From: Octopus sinensis
Lineage: Eukaryota
Length of the DNA: 64,000 bases
NCBI RefSeq assembly: GCF_006345805.1
Contig: NC_043011.1
Location: forward strand, 42,296,464 to 42,360,463
Direction: 5' to 3'
Shown here one piece after another: positions 50,160-62,270 of the stretch. Each line of letters opens with the position of its first letter. Within the stretch, counting starts at the first letter, position 1. Position numbers and translations under genes: made by a program. The notes under the pieces are model-generated. The model searched no databases and had not been told where the DNA came from. It worked only from the letters and a program-made list of their open reading frames with translations.

Positions 50160-51330
50160 GGAAGATGGAGAAGGCGCCAGAAGGAGGCCTAAGTTATGCG
50201 GCCGCAACTGGAAAGGGAGTAGATGTGCAAGAGTTGGAGGTCTGCGAGATAAAAATAGAACTTTGAAAGATGAAAGAGTGTGAAAAATTGATAACAAAGG
50301 AAGGAAACACACTGAAGCTAACGCTACCGGAGGAGTTATCGGTCAATATGACAAAGAGAACAGTGGTGTATAAAACCATGAAGGCAGCTACAAGAAAAAT
50401 AGAGATTGCCTCTATAGAGGCAATACAAGAATGCATCAAGGACATCAAAAGATTTACAACATTCACAACAAGAGGGAGAAGATATGCCACTGTGGAGGTG
50501 CGCTTCGCAACAGAGGAGGAAGCAGTAAAGCAATCCACAGAGGCAATAACGTCAGAGAAATGGGTGCTTTTGCTTTCATACTGTGGCAAATGTGTAGCCA
50601 AAGTGCGAGTGGGTAAGGTGCCATCCAAACTGAAAGAAGCATGGCTAATGACAGCCATAACGAATAACATGAAGGATGGGAAGATTTTGAAGGTTACAAT
50701 GACCCAGAAGGTTAACTACTGGGGATACAGCATAGAATTGACAATTCAGGCAACAAGGGGGACTTGAACAGTGTGGTGGATGAGATTGTGCTCCCAGAAG
50801 ATGTGAGACTGAGAGTTATAGTGGAAGGCAGGCTGCCGATATGTTTTTCATGTGGAGAAAAGGGCCACATGAAGACATGGTGCACTCAGAAGAAGCAACA
50901 AGCAGAGCAGGTGGAGAGACAAGATGGAGTGGACCAGGTAGAACAGGTTCTACATGAAAACGACACATTTAAAATGGGGAAAAGTGGATCTCAGACAACT
51001 CGTGTGGCTCACGGTTTGGAAACCATATATAGAGAAATTTGTAAGCAATGAATATTTCCAAATATAACATCCCAATAAACTCAAATGAAGTTACAGATAT
51101 ACAGTCACTGAAGCAGACACTATTACCTACCAAGGAAAGAAAACTTGTCAACGCCAGAACTGAACACATCAGGAGATTAGAATCGTCATCCCGTGTAGAT
51201 ACGACTTATCACAACTAGCACAAGCCTGTATCGCACATGGTAACAACTTTGATGAATGCAACATGGAACAATTTAGCAAGCACCAGCAATGACGCCAAAT
51301 GGAGTCAACTACCCAGGTACCCAGTAACTC
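50160..51330 (+). mobile_element. Decayed ORF1 (gag-like, CCHC knuckle) of an L1/Tx1-like element
   Basis: SYAAA N-terminal motif; VIVEGRLPICFSCGEKGHMKTWC = CX2CX4HX4C; frameshift at about 50760. Confidence 0.75.
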
Positions 51331-52559
51331 CTGATTTATGACTAAGAAACCCTTTCTGGATTATACAGAACTGCCAACATACCCCAACCCTTTTTAAATT
51401 TCACGACCCCTACTTTAATAACTTGGCAAATTTAAATCTGCATCAATTCATAAATTTGATGCTCTAAACTCTGTACTATTCCAGTTTTGCATGTGGCGAG
51501 GCTTAAATAAAACAATTTAATTGTCATAATGTCTCGGTATTTTTTGGCGTGTGCATGTTTCCATAACTTTCATCCTTTCAGGGTCAAGAAATTAAGTACC
51601 ATTTGTGTACTAGGTCAATCTAATCGACTGGCCCCCCCTCCCCACAAATTCAGGGCCTTGTGCCTATGGTAGAAAAGAATAATAAAGTGGCTAGCAATTT
51701 TATACCTTTAAAGGTATATATTTGCATGCCACTTTATTCTCATCATCATTATTATTATTAATAATGGTAATGATACATAATTAATTCTATAGATACTGGC
51801 TCATTTTTATGTTTGCTTTTGAATGTCAAGGGGGGCATTCAAAGGAAAGAACATACACAGAATAATGTGATGAATATTTCAGAAATAGATGCTTGGCGTT
51901 AAATCTGGCTGAAGAGCTTCTGTAGTTCATACAAGGTGAAGCCTATTTCTGTTATGCTTGTTGCGTTCTCCATGTGTGTTTTAATAGTGAATAATTTGTG
52001 GTTTTAAGGTGATAGCAAATGGCATTTTAATACCCTACTGCATTTCATAAAACGTTTGCATGAAAATAGAAGTAAACAGAACAGTTTACCTTTCTTTTTA
52101 ATCTGTTCTTGTATAACCAAGAGTCAATAATGATAAAATGGGAGAAGGCATTGACTGAATGAGGGGGGATACCATTCATGCAGTTCCTTTACTCCGTTAT
52201 AACAAACAAGGAGGTGAGCAGTGAGGGAGAAGGAGGATTACTTCTTTTGCTACCAAGTCACATGGGATTATGAACAAAATGATTACATTCAAATGCATTT
52301 TATGTATGTATACAGAGAGAGAGAGAGGCCATGCACATAATAATACAATCTCTGTTCATTACCACCTACAATGATAAAATGTTTCCATGAAAATAGAAGT
52401 AAATGGAGCTGTCTACAGGTATTTCCAACATGTTCTTGTAGGCTGGAACATGGAAACGCATTTGCCAATCAATTTTGTGTATACAACCCCACATCAGAGC
52501 AAAATGCTATTCAAGCAGTTCCTTTACTTTCACATTTGGCAGCTGCATTAATAAGACTA

Positions 52560-55212
52560 ATATATATACGTCAAAAATATTGACCCAGATTTCATCAGTC
52601 ACAGAAACATGGGCACATTCTGCACTTTGTGATGGAGTTTTCAGCGTAGCCGGCTACAACCTGTTCCGCAAAGACCACATTAATCTCTGTGGTGGGTGTG
52701 TGATGGTCTACATTCGTTCAAACCTATCGGCAATTCCTTGTGATGATTTGAACCAATCTCAACAGGGAGTATTTTTCTGCAATATACACATGACCATGTC
52801 AACACTTCCACTTGGAGTTGCGACGCTCAAACTGGCTTGAATTTTATGTCTATGGAGATGTGAACACTATGCTTCAGAACATTCTGACCGCAGCAGTCCG
52901 ACTTGCCAGGAAAGAACGCCGTAATGCTGAACAGGAACACAAAATGCACAAATCAGAAATCAACAGGTAAAAGTGCAATAGATCAGCCAACCATCTCAAG
53001 CAGGTGACAAAAAAGGCAGTGCTTGAATTCGAACAGCGCATAGCAACCAACCCTGACAGCAAAGTGTTCTGGAAGTATGTACATTCAAAGCAGAGACCTC
53101 ACTCTCCAGTTGGTCCCCTTCGCAATCCCCACACAGGCCAGATTACTGACAATCCCAAAGAATGTGCAAAAATCATTGCTGGATGCTATGCAAGCATCTT
53201 TACTGTTGAAGATCAAAATGTTCCATCTCTATCACCTCTGACACCGGACTCTATAACTACTATGAAATTTACACCAGCAATGCTACAACACCACCTTAAG
53301 AATAAACATAACTCTGCCTCTCCTAGTGTTACATACCTACTTCTCAAATGCAGTTGGTACTTTCTTCTAAACCAACTTTCACTATTCTTTCAATTCTGTC
53401 TTGACAATGGTGTTACTCCAGGGCAGTGGAAAACTGCCAGTGTTATCCCTCTGTTCAAAAAAGGTGACCGCACATCGCCTGTCAACTATCACCCCGTTAG
53501 TCTTACTAGCTGCATCGCCAAACTAGGGATCCTGTGTCACAGAAACCCTCTGGAACTTCTGGAAGTCTCACAGCCTCATCCAGCCGTCACAATTTGGATT
53601 TATTCCTAACTCCAGCTGCTATAATCAACTCATTGAGTTTCTTGAGGACATTACTCGAATCACTGATGGTGACTCTTGGGTGGATGTTGTTTCCCTGGAC
53701 TTTGCTAAGGCTTTTAATTCTGTGCCACACAAAAGACTTATGGTGAAACTCTCTGCAATGGGTGTAAGAGATGATCTCTATAACTGGTTAAAGTCCTTCA
53801 TTATCGGCCGAAAAGAGGTTGTCACAGTTCTAGGACAGCACTCTTCACCCTATGAGATGACATCTGGTGTACCACAGGGATCTGTTCTTGGCCCCCTTTT
53901 ATTTGTTGCATATATTAATGACATAGATGCTAACTTAAAGAATGCCACAGTGCTGAAACATGCAGATGACATCAAGCTGTACCTCGAAATAAAGAGGACA
54001 GATCTTGTACACTATAGATCTTTATTGCAATCAGACCTGGACACAATGCAGCAGTGGATCATGGACTGGCAACTCAAGCTGTCTGTGGACAAATGTACCA
54101 CCATGCATTTTGAGAGGAAAAATCCCAGTGTCTACTTACTCCCTCCACAACACTAATCTGAAAAAGTCTTCTTGTGAACGTGACCTGGGCATTATTGTCG
54201 ACAGCGATTTGCGTTGGACAAAACACATTGCTAAAATTGCCAAGAAGGCTGAGGGTGTCTTGGCATCACTCACCAAGTCCTTTGTGAGCCGCTCTCCGGC
54301 TATCTATAGCTATGGTGCGACCTCACCTGGAATTTGCATCACCAGTCTGGAAGCCGTTCAGCTATGTGCAACCAAGAGTATACCCTCCATCAGGCATTTG
54401 CCATATTCTGAATGCCTTACTTCCCTGGACATGGATACATTGAAACTCCGACGTCTGGCAACTGACTTGGCAGACACCCATAAAATTATTAACTATCTTA
54501 CAAACAATAACTTTGAGCACCTTTTCAAACTCCATCTGTCTGACACCCATGGACATGTTTACAAAGTCCTTTATGAGCTGCTCTCCAGCTATCTATCTGA
54601 GGCTTTATACAGCTATGGTGCGGTCTCACTTGGAATTTGCATCACCAGTCTGGAACCCCTATCTTGCCCAGGATATTAATTATCTGGAAACTGTTCAACG
54701 ATGTGCAACCAAGAGAATACCCTCAATCAGGCATTTGCCATATTCTGAACGCCTTACTTCTCTGGGCATGGATACATTGAAACTCCGTCTGGCAACTGAC
54801 TTGGCAGACACCCATAAAATTATTAACCATCTTACAAACAATAACTCTGAGCATCTTTTCAAACTCCATCTGTCTAACACCCGTGGACTTGTTTACAAAA
54901 GTCAGAAAACAGCACAGCTCCCATGACTTTTGGAAATATTTTTTCACGCTGAGAGTTGCTGAAGTATGGAACAAACTGCCGGCATCAGTTGTTAGTTGTC
55001 GGAGCACTGCATCCTTCAAAACTTCCATGCTTCCTGAGATTCACCAACACTACACCTGATTTTCTCCCCTCCATACACACACACAAGCATGTATCTGACT
55101 CATACACTGTTCACTTTCCAGACATTTATGCATTACTGCATATGCTTTATACACACTTGACAAGTTGTAGTGCACCTGAGCACTGTATACAATAATTTCA
55201 TTATTATTATTT
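52560..55212 (+). mobile_element. Decayed CR1-clade LINE ORF2 (APE remnant, RT, 3' end with (ATT)n)
   Basis: SVTETW..., WKTASVIPLFKKGDR...PVSLTS, DVVSLDFAKAFNSVPH, SGVPQGSVLGPLLF, HADD (YADD variant), AEVWNKLP. Confidence 0.95.
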
Positions 55213-55259
55213 ATATACAGAAGAGATGTGGTTCAACACGAACAGCATTGAGGAAGCAA

Positions 55260-55600
55260 AATGTATATTCGAAGAACCAAAAATAAAAATGAATTTTGCC
55301 GCCACTGTCAGTGGACTTGAAACCATCACCTTGAAAAAAGATACACGAGCATAAATGAAATATTAAAAGAATGTCTTCTGTAGAAGAACCACAAAGAAAA
55401 ATGAATTTTGCTGCCGCTGTTGCAGACTTGAAACAATTACTTTGAAGATGGAAGATATTCAAGCATACCATGGTATGATCACCGAAGAAAATGGTAAAAG
55501 TAAAATAACACCCCCAATTGAAATAAGATGAAGGAAAAAGACTATTATTTACAAAACATGAGTGATACAAGAAGATAGAATAAATATTGGGAGACCAAAC
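55260..55600 (+). mobile_element. 5' fragment of the same ORF1 family as 58690-59518
   Basis: MNFAAAV...IQAYHGMITEENGKSKITPPIEI aligns by eye with MNFAAAV...IQTYFGLITEKDGESRITPPNEI. Confidence 0.65.
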
Positions 55601-56513
55601 TGGAGGAAACAAGAGGAAGAAAAGACCAAAAGAGTAAGAACAGGACCCATTTTATTGCAAGTACCAGTAATACCAGTGGTCAGGGTTGTGCTACCATTTG
55701 GAGTATACAACCACACATCAGAGCAAAATGCCATTCGTGCAGCTCCTTTACACCATTATAATAAAAAAAAGGAGGCGAGTGGTGGGTATTACTTCTGTTA
55801 CCAAATCACATTGGATTATGACCAAGAATATCATAGTGGAATGTGAACAGAAGGAGGTTATGCATTTAATTATAAAATCTCAGTTCATTACCACTTACAA
55901 TGATAAAAATGTTTCCATGAAAACAGAAGCAAATAGAGCTGTCTACAGTTATTTCCAACATGTTCTTGTACACTGGAACATGGAAACGCATTTGCTGATG
56001 GATTTTGTGATGGACAAATATTTCTCCCTGTAGACTGTGTATAATAAACACATCAAACTGAGTTCCAGAAAACATCAGATGACTACAAAACAGACTATTT
56101 GGGTATGTTTTGAGCTTCTTTGCTGGATGAAACCAGGCTGGAATTTATGATCCTGTATAGAAAATAGCAAATACCATATTTCTTAATGAGTGCAGAGACT
56201 TGCCTATATGAATTTAATTTAGTAGGAGCACACGAAACAATGAGGATTAAAATAATGACGGGTACATTGCTTTTTAATATGTTCTTGAACACAAGAATGT
56301 GAAAGGCATTTGCTGCCAGATTTTGTCTTTGAGAAAATTTCGTCCCATACAGCTTGTATGTAAAAAACACATCAAGCTAAGCTACGAATAATGTCAGCAG
56401 ACTACAGGCATGATTCTTATCATACAATGAAAGAGAAAATGAAGCAGTCCTGCCATGATGCATGCAAGTCATCTTCAATACTGCATTTAAGAATTGTCAT
56501 TTCATTACTGCTT

Positions 56514-56880
56514 TTGTTCAATGAAAGGAGCTGTGTCACAGTGAGTCACAGTGTATCTCAGTTGTGCCATTGTTCAATGAAAGGAGCTGTGTCACAGTGA
56601 GTCACAGTGTATCTCAGTAGTGCCATTGTTTAATGAAAGGAGCTGTGTCACAGTGTATCTCAGTAGTGCCATTGTTCAATGAAAGGAGCTGTGTCACAGT
56701 GAGTCACAGTGTATCTCAGTTGTGCCATTGTTCAATGAAAGGAGCTGTGTCACAGTGTATCTCAGTAGTGCCATTGTTCAATGAAAGGAGCTGTGTCACA
56801 GTGAGTCACAGTGTATCTCAGTAGTGCCATTGTTCAATGAAAGGAGCTGTGTCACAGTGTATCTCAGTTGTGCCATTGTT
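56514..56880. repeat. Minisatellite, seven units of 56 or 46 bp
   Basis: ttgttcaatgaaaggagctgtgtcacagt(gagtcacagt)gtatctcagt(t/a)gtgcca; order L-L-S-L-S-L-S. Confidence 0.95.
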
Positions 56881-57719
56881 CTATACCAGAACATTACTCA
56901 AACAGGGACAAAATGACAATTCTCAGAAAAATAAATTGAAATCTACTTCCTATGAAAGGAAAATTTTTGTCATAGTCGGAAATGACAAAAAAAGAATACA
57001 AAAAAAAAAAAAAGAAGCTATTGCTAAACTGTATATTTGAGAGGCAAGTGGTAGCTGAAGAAAGATATGAATAAAAAGAAAACATCAAAGGAATGTCTAA
57101 GAAACAAACCAATCGGCTAAAACAACTGAGTTTGTTAAAGCTGGTCATTGTTTGACGCAACAAAAATAGCATCAGCTGAGCTAAAATTGAGTAGATTCAT
57201 GGCTGGGTACAATCATGCCATTAGTGTTTCAGCCTAGTTTCATTATATAAGGTATGTCCTGATTCAAAAACTACCAAAGACATTAAATGCACAAGAACTA
57301 AAGAAATAAGCACTGTTTCTAATGTGATTGGTTCACATGTTTTGAATAATTTGCCATCAAAACTAAACCCAACATAGTTCTTTGCTATTTTAGATGAAAC
57401 AAGATATTTCTACCTGCAAGCAACTTGTTTTCACAGCTAAATATTACAACACTGATATTCAAAGAAAAAAAAAAAAAAGTGATAAGCAAGTCATTTTTAT
57501 AAACATTTTTGAAAATTGAAGGCTGCACCGAGTATTTAAAATTGTCTCTAATCATTTATCAATGATGATAATTGATGCTACTTTAGCGTGCGATCTACTG
57601 CAGTATCTTGTCTATGCTGTGAAATTACTTTTAGTGTTTGTCTACCTTTTCTTACCCTCTTAACCCGAGTTAATTTTAACCATTACAATGCTGTTAAAGG
57701 ATTTCTATTGACAGGCTGG

Positions 57720-58508
57720 AAATGATGTCAGGTCGGAAGTGAGAACAGATGAAACATGCCTAAAAAACGAATACGACAATCTCCCTCTTCTTTTCAGGTA
57801 CTCAATAACATCTCTCCTCCCCAAGCCTCACCCCACATTCCTTTCCCAGTTTTCAGAGTTGGCACAGTCAATGTAGGCACACTGAAAGATAGGTCTAGTG
57901 AGATTGTACAGATGCTTGAAAGGAGATATGTTGATGTATGCTGCATACAAGAGGTAAGATGGAGAGGAGCTTCAGCTAGGGTCCTCTCAGGTACAAAATC
58001 TTCTGGCAAGGTAACACGGATGGAGTGGGGGGTGTAAGCATACTCTTTGTGGAGAAATGGGTAGATAAAGTCATAGAGGTTGTCAGCGTATGCTTAAGCT
58101 TAGGCTAGTCCAGCAGAACAGCACAGCTACAATTATCTCGACCTGCTGTGCTTGAGGAGACCTATTGAGTCAAGTACATCAACATCAAAATGAAAATTGT
58201 AGTTGTGATACCCGTGCTCGTGGCACGTAAAATGCACCTTCTGAACGCGGTTGATGCCAGCGCTGCCTTGACTGGCTTCCGTGCTGGTGACATGTAAAAA
58301 GCACCAACCAATTGTGGCCATTGCCAGCCTCCTCTGGCCCCTGTGCAAATGGTATGTAAAAAGAGTGGTTGGCATTAGGAAGGGCATCCAGCTGTAGAAA
58401 CACTACCAGATCAGATTGGAGCCTGGTGCAGCCTCCTGGCTTCCCAGACCCCGGTCGATCCGTCCAACCCATGCTAGCATGGAAAATGGACGTTAAATGA
58501 TGATGATG
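57720..58508 (+). mobile_element. Internally deleted RTE: APE N-terminus joined directly to the 3' UTR/tail
   Basis: RVGTVNVGTLKDRSSEIVQMLERRYVDVCCIQEVRW to about 58140, then gacctgctgtgcttgaggagacc, which is the 3' UTR seen at 32470. Confidence 0.85.
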
Positions 58509-58609
58509 GTATAATTTTTACAGAGGAAACAGCAGTTGCATTCTTACAAGACAACAATCTTCTGGATACATCACAAGAAGCAGACCTTTGTCATCAATGT
58601 GGTAGCGTC

Positions 58610-60020
58610 ATGCAAGAAGAATTTTGGGTAATTGATAATATTTCGCTGTTTACGTTAAAAATGTTTTTGATAGAAGAGAGTTCAAAAATGAATTTCGCTG
58701 CAGCCGTGAACTCAAAGATAAAAATTGAAGAGATTCAAACCTATTTTGGATTGATAACTGAGAAAGATGGTGAATCAAGAATAACACCTCCAAATGAAAT
58801 AAAAAACAAGATAAAAGAAACGACTATTGCCTACAAAATATACAATGTGGAAACAAAGAGATTCGAGCACTTGGAAGAAAGCACCATAGAGAAGTGTCTT
58901 GGTGCGACAATGCAAGAAATTAAATACCACACCAGAGGCGGTAAATTTGCCACAATAGAGGCAAGGTTCGAGTCAATGGAACGTGCAAGGGACTATTCGA
59001 CTCAAACCTTGCAAAGTGGCAATATTCTATTTCTACCATTATATCTGGGATGTAGGATGTCCTGGATAAAGATTAAAAATGTCTCCCCAGAAGAAGAGGT
59101 AGGCTGGATTTTGGCCACACTTTTATGCAAAAGTGAGGACAAAATCCAATTAATCGAGATCGCAAAAGATGGACCTCAAAATTGGCGGGACCAGACACTT
59201 GAGATCTTGGTCCAAGTCACGGCCAATGATCTAGAAGAACTCCCAGAAGTTATAGTTATGGAAGATATAAGTCTGCCCATACACATAGAGGGAAGAAGGC
59301 CTCGATGCTTCAAATGCGAGAAGAAAGAACACATAAAGGAGAAGTGTCCTAAGAATAATAAAAAAGAAGCAAACCAAACAGTCATTATCCCCTCGAAGGA
59401 AGTGGACCCCCAGCAGGGGACTTCTAAAACCAAAAAGTCAAAAAACACACAGGAAAAAGTGGCCGCACCCGCGGCCAGGGAGGCTGTTACACAGAGCACA
59501 ACCTTGGTAGGAAACTAAGAAGGTGCACTCCCAGGAGTGCATCTACAAAAGGGGCAGCACTCCCGGCCAAGGAGGCTGTTACCCAGGGGATGACCGCCTC
59601 AACAAGTGCAGAGGAAACCAACATTCAGGATACCAGACATACACACGGAAACGTTCCAAAAAAATGGATTCCCCCACAAAACAGTTTCAAAAGCCGAAAC
59701 AGTAGAAAAGAAAAAAAAGAAAAACCCCTTCAATCCCATCCTCATAGATATCCCCCCCAACAAAAAGACCCAGTAACTGTAGCTTACAAAGCAAAAAATA
59801 TCTATCTAGATGGGGTCTAATGACCTCAGGTCACACAGTATAGATGTTATGGTTGCTACAGAAACCAGGCTGGGCAAGCTGCAGGCCTTCTCAGACCTCC
59901 TGAACGACTATGAGAAGATAATTTCTCCTAGCCAGGAAGGATCACAGTCTTGATCTGGAAAAGCCTGGTCATGCAGACACATACAATCTTCGTGGACCTG
60001 GAAGGTGAGTTGGTCACATT
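58610..60020 (+). mobile_element. L1/Tx1-like element 5' half: nearly intact ORF1 with CCHC knuckle plus start of APE
   Basis: Open frame 58610-59518 with IEGRRPRCFKCEKKEHIKEKC; downstream SIDVMVATETRL (APE motif) at about 59840-59875. Confidence 0.8.
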
Positions 60021-60399
60021 TTAAAAAATTTATTATTAGTGTTGCTAAAATTGCTGTTTCTTTTCAGATATCATCAGAAAATGGTAATTAAAATTCATTA
60101 AAAATGACAGATCTACCAGAGTTTCAAAGAGGTTAAATTGTTGGTGCTCGTATGGCAGGCATTAGCGTTAACGTAAACAGCTGAAATGTTTGGTGTATCA
60201 AGAAGTACTGTCTTGGAAGTAATGACAGCCTTTGAGAAAAAGATAAAAACCTCCTCGTCGAAACAAAACTCAGGAAGAAAACCAAAACTTTCAGATAGGG
60301 TTCAAGGACCATATAGTATAAACGCCAGGATTGAGCAACCATAAAAAGAAACATCACTGCAAGACCTTATGGTTTGCTCCCTGTTTCTCCCTAAACGTC

Positions 60400-61330
60400 T
60401 GGATATGCGTAGGTAAGATTTTTTCATAGGTTGACTGATGAGCATTTCACGCGATCACACAAATATAGAATGATCTTTAACAGACATAATTTTTAAATAT
60501 CTCTTTCAGTTGTGCACACAATGTTAAGAAAAAATTACTTAGCACTCCTAAACCACAGACAGAGGCAGGTTGTTCATGTAGGATTAGAAATGAATGCCCA
60601 GTGGACGGCCAATGTAACACCAAGACTACTACAGTGTACCAAGCAAAAGTAGCCTCAAACAGGAGCAGCACAAATATCAGTAATATCAATGCCAACATAG
60701 GGATACACATTAAAATTTATGTCGGATCTTGTGAATCCAAATTTAAAATTTGCCTGAACAACCACAGATCTTCTTTCAGGGTACCGGAGAGATGCAACAC
60801 AACACTTGCAGCATACATATGGTGCCTAAAGGATGATCATATGACCTTTAACATAAAATGGAAATTACTAGAAACTTGTGGACCCTATCGCAATGGAACA
60901 GGACTATGTAAATTGTGTATGGCAGAAAGACATATAATCCTTATGAACTCACTTGAGCCAGGAGGCTACCTGAACTTCAGGATGGAAGCCATGGGGAGTT
61001 GTCCACATCTTTGGAAATTTTTACTTCAAAATTGGAAAACCTAGCTATCAAGTGAAGGAAGACAACTTACCCAGCCATAATTTTTTAAGAGGAATATTTT
61101 TTTAACTATCACCAGCGTTCTTGTGGTTTTAAAAAACATTCTTTGCAGAGAACAGTTATCGTTTACAGAAACTGAAGATATGCCTAGTTCACGCTAGATA
61201 TGAAACCGATGGTTTTTTTCTAAAACTGTTACTTTACACATACAAATATATAAATTTAACCTTGAGCTATAATAGAACTTGTGTTTAAACCACATGACTT
61301 TCACCTCAGAACAGATTAAAGAACAACTTG
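60400..61330 (+). mobile_element. Penelope-like 3' fragment: linker + GIY-YIG endonuclease, hammerhead-like motifs on both sides
   Basis: IFNRHN..SFSC, CSCRIRNECPVDGQC, VYQAKV...YVGSCESKFK..NHRSSF..TLAAYIWCLK..CKLCMAE..LN.RME..CPH. Confidence 0.88.
61166..61220 (+). ncRNA. Probable minimal hammerhead ribozyme downstream of the GIY-YIG ORF
   Basis: GAAA-CUGAAGA-U-AUGCCUAG-uucacg-CUAGAUAU-GAAACC-GAU-GGU-U-UUUU; stem II has one mismatch and the cleavage triplet is GUU. Confidence 0.5.
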
Positions 61331-61459
61331 GCTAGTTTTACTTGGTCATTACTAGCTCATCAAGAGTGTTTCCTTCATCTCTGAAAGAGAGAGAGAGATG
61401 TAGCTTATGGATACTTATGAGAGATATTCAGCAATGCTACTTTGGAGTAAAGATTGTTT

Positions 61460-61817
61460 GCCAACACAACATGGCAGTCCTGGTTTAGGACGAATGTTGC
61501 TGTAATTTAGCTCCAAGAGACATTGTCTCCAGCTGGCTATACGACACGATCTGTGTCCTTATAATTTCGAACAAGAGAATCTAGCACCCACATTCAGCTC
61601 AAAGCAATATCTGTGTATTGCAATTTCTGGATGAAGGGAAATAACCCAGAAATTGTGATACACAGATATTGTTTTGAGCTGAGTGGGAGTGCTAGATTCC
61701 CTTGTTCGAAAAATGTAAGGACACAGATCATGTTGTATAGCCAACTGGAGAAGATGTCTCCTGGGGCTAAATTACAGCAACATTCATCCTCAACCAGGAC
61801 TGCCATGTTATGTTGGC
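61460..61817. mobile_element. Foldback (palindromic MITE-like) element, about 170-bp imperfect arms
   Basis: gccaacacaacatggcagtcctgg... / ...ccaggactgccatgttatgttggc; 14-nt central loop at about 61631-61644. Confidence 0.9.
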
Positions 61818-62188
61818 TAACAATCTTTACTCCAAAATTTCATCTGTTTTGGATAATTTTTCATGAAATTATTACAAGTCTTTCTTTCTTTTAACTCCCC
61901 TGGCTAAAAAATGGTTGTAGGGCTATGTACACACAAAAATACACAAATCTGCCTTGTTTTGGATTGGAATACCTCTTTATTGAAGTAGTTTGTTAATTTT
62001 CAGGAACAAATATCATCTGTTAGTAAACAAATACAAAATATGGGGAAGATTGAGATTTAGTGATATTCATGCCCTTACCAAGAGTGTTAAATATATTTAA
62101 AGAAATTTAATTACATATTTTGTTGTATCTTAGGAAGGTCATTATGCTAATAATAAACACACTGGTTCTATTTCACTTCTTTAATATT

Positions 62189-62270
62189 TATTAGTCAATT
62201 GGTTAATCATTTGACCAACTAACTATTTTATCAGTTAATTGGTTAAATAGTTAACCCAATTGACAAATAA
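62189..62270. repeat. Small imperfect hairpin, about 35-bp arms
   Basis: gtcaattggttaa..ttgaccaactaact / agttaattggttaa..ttaacccaattgac. Confidence 0.7.
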
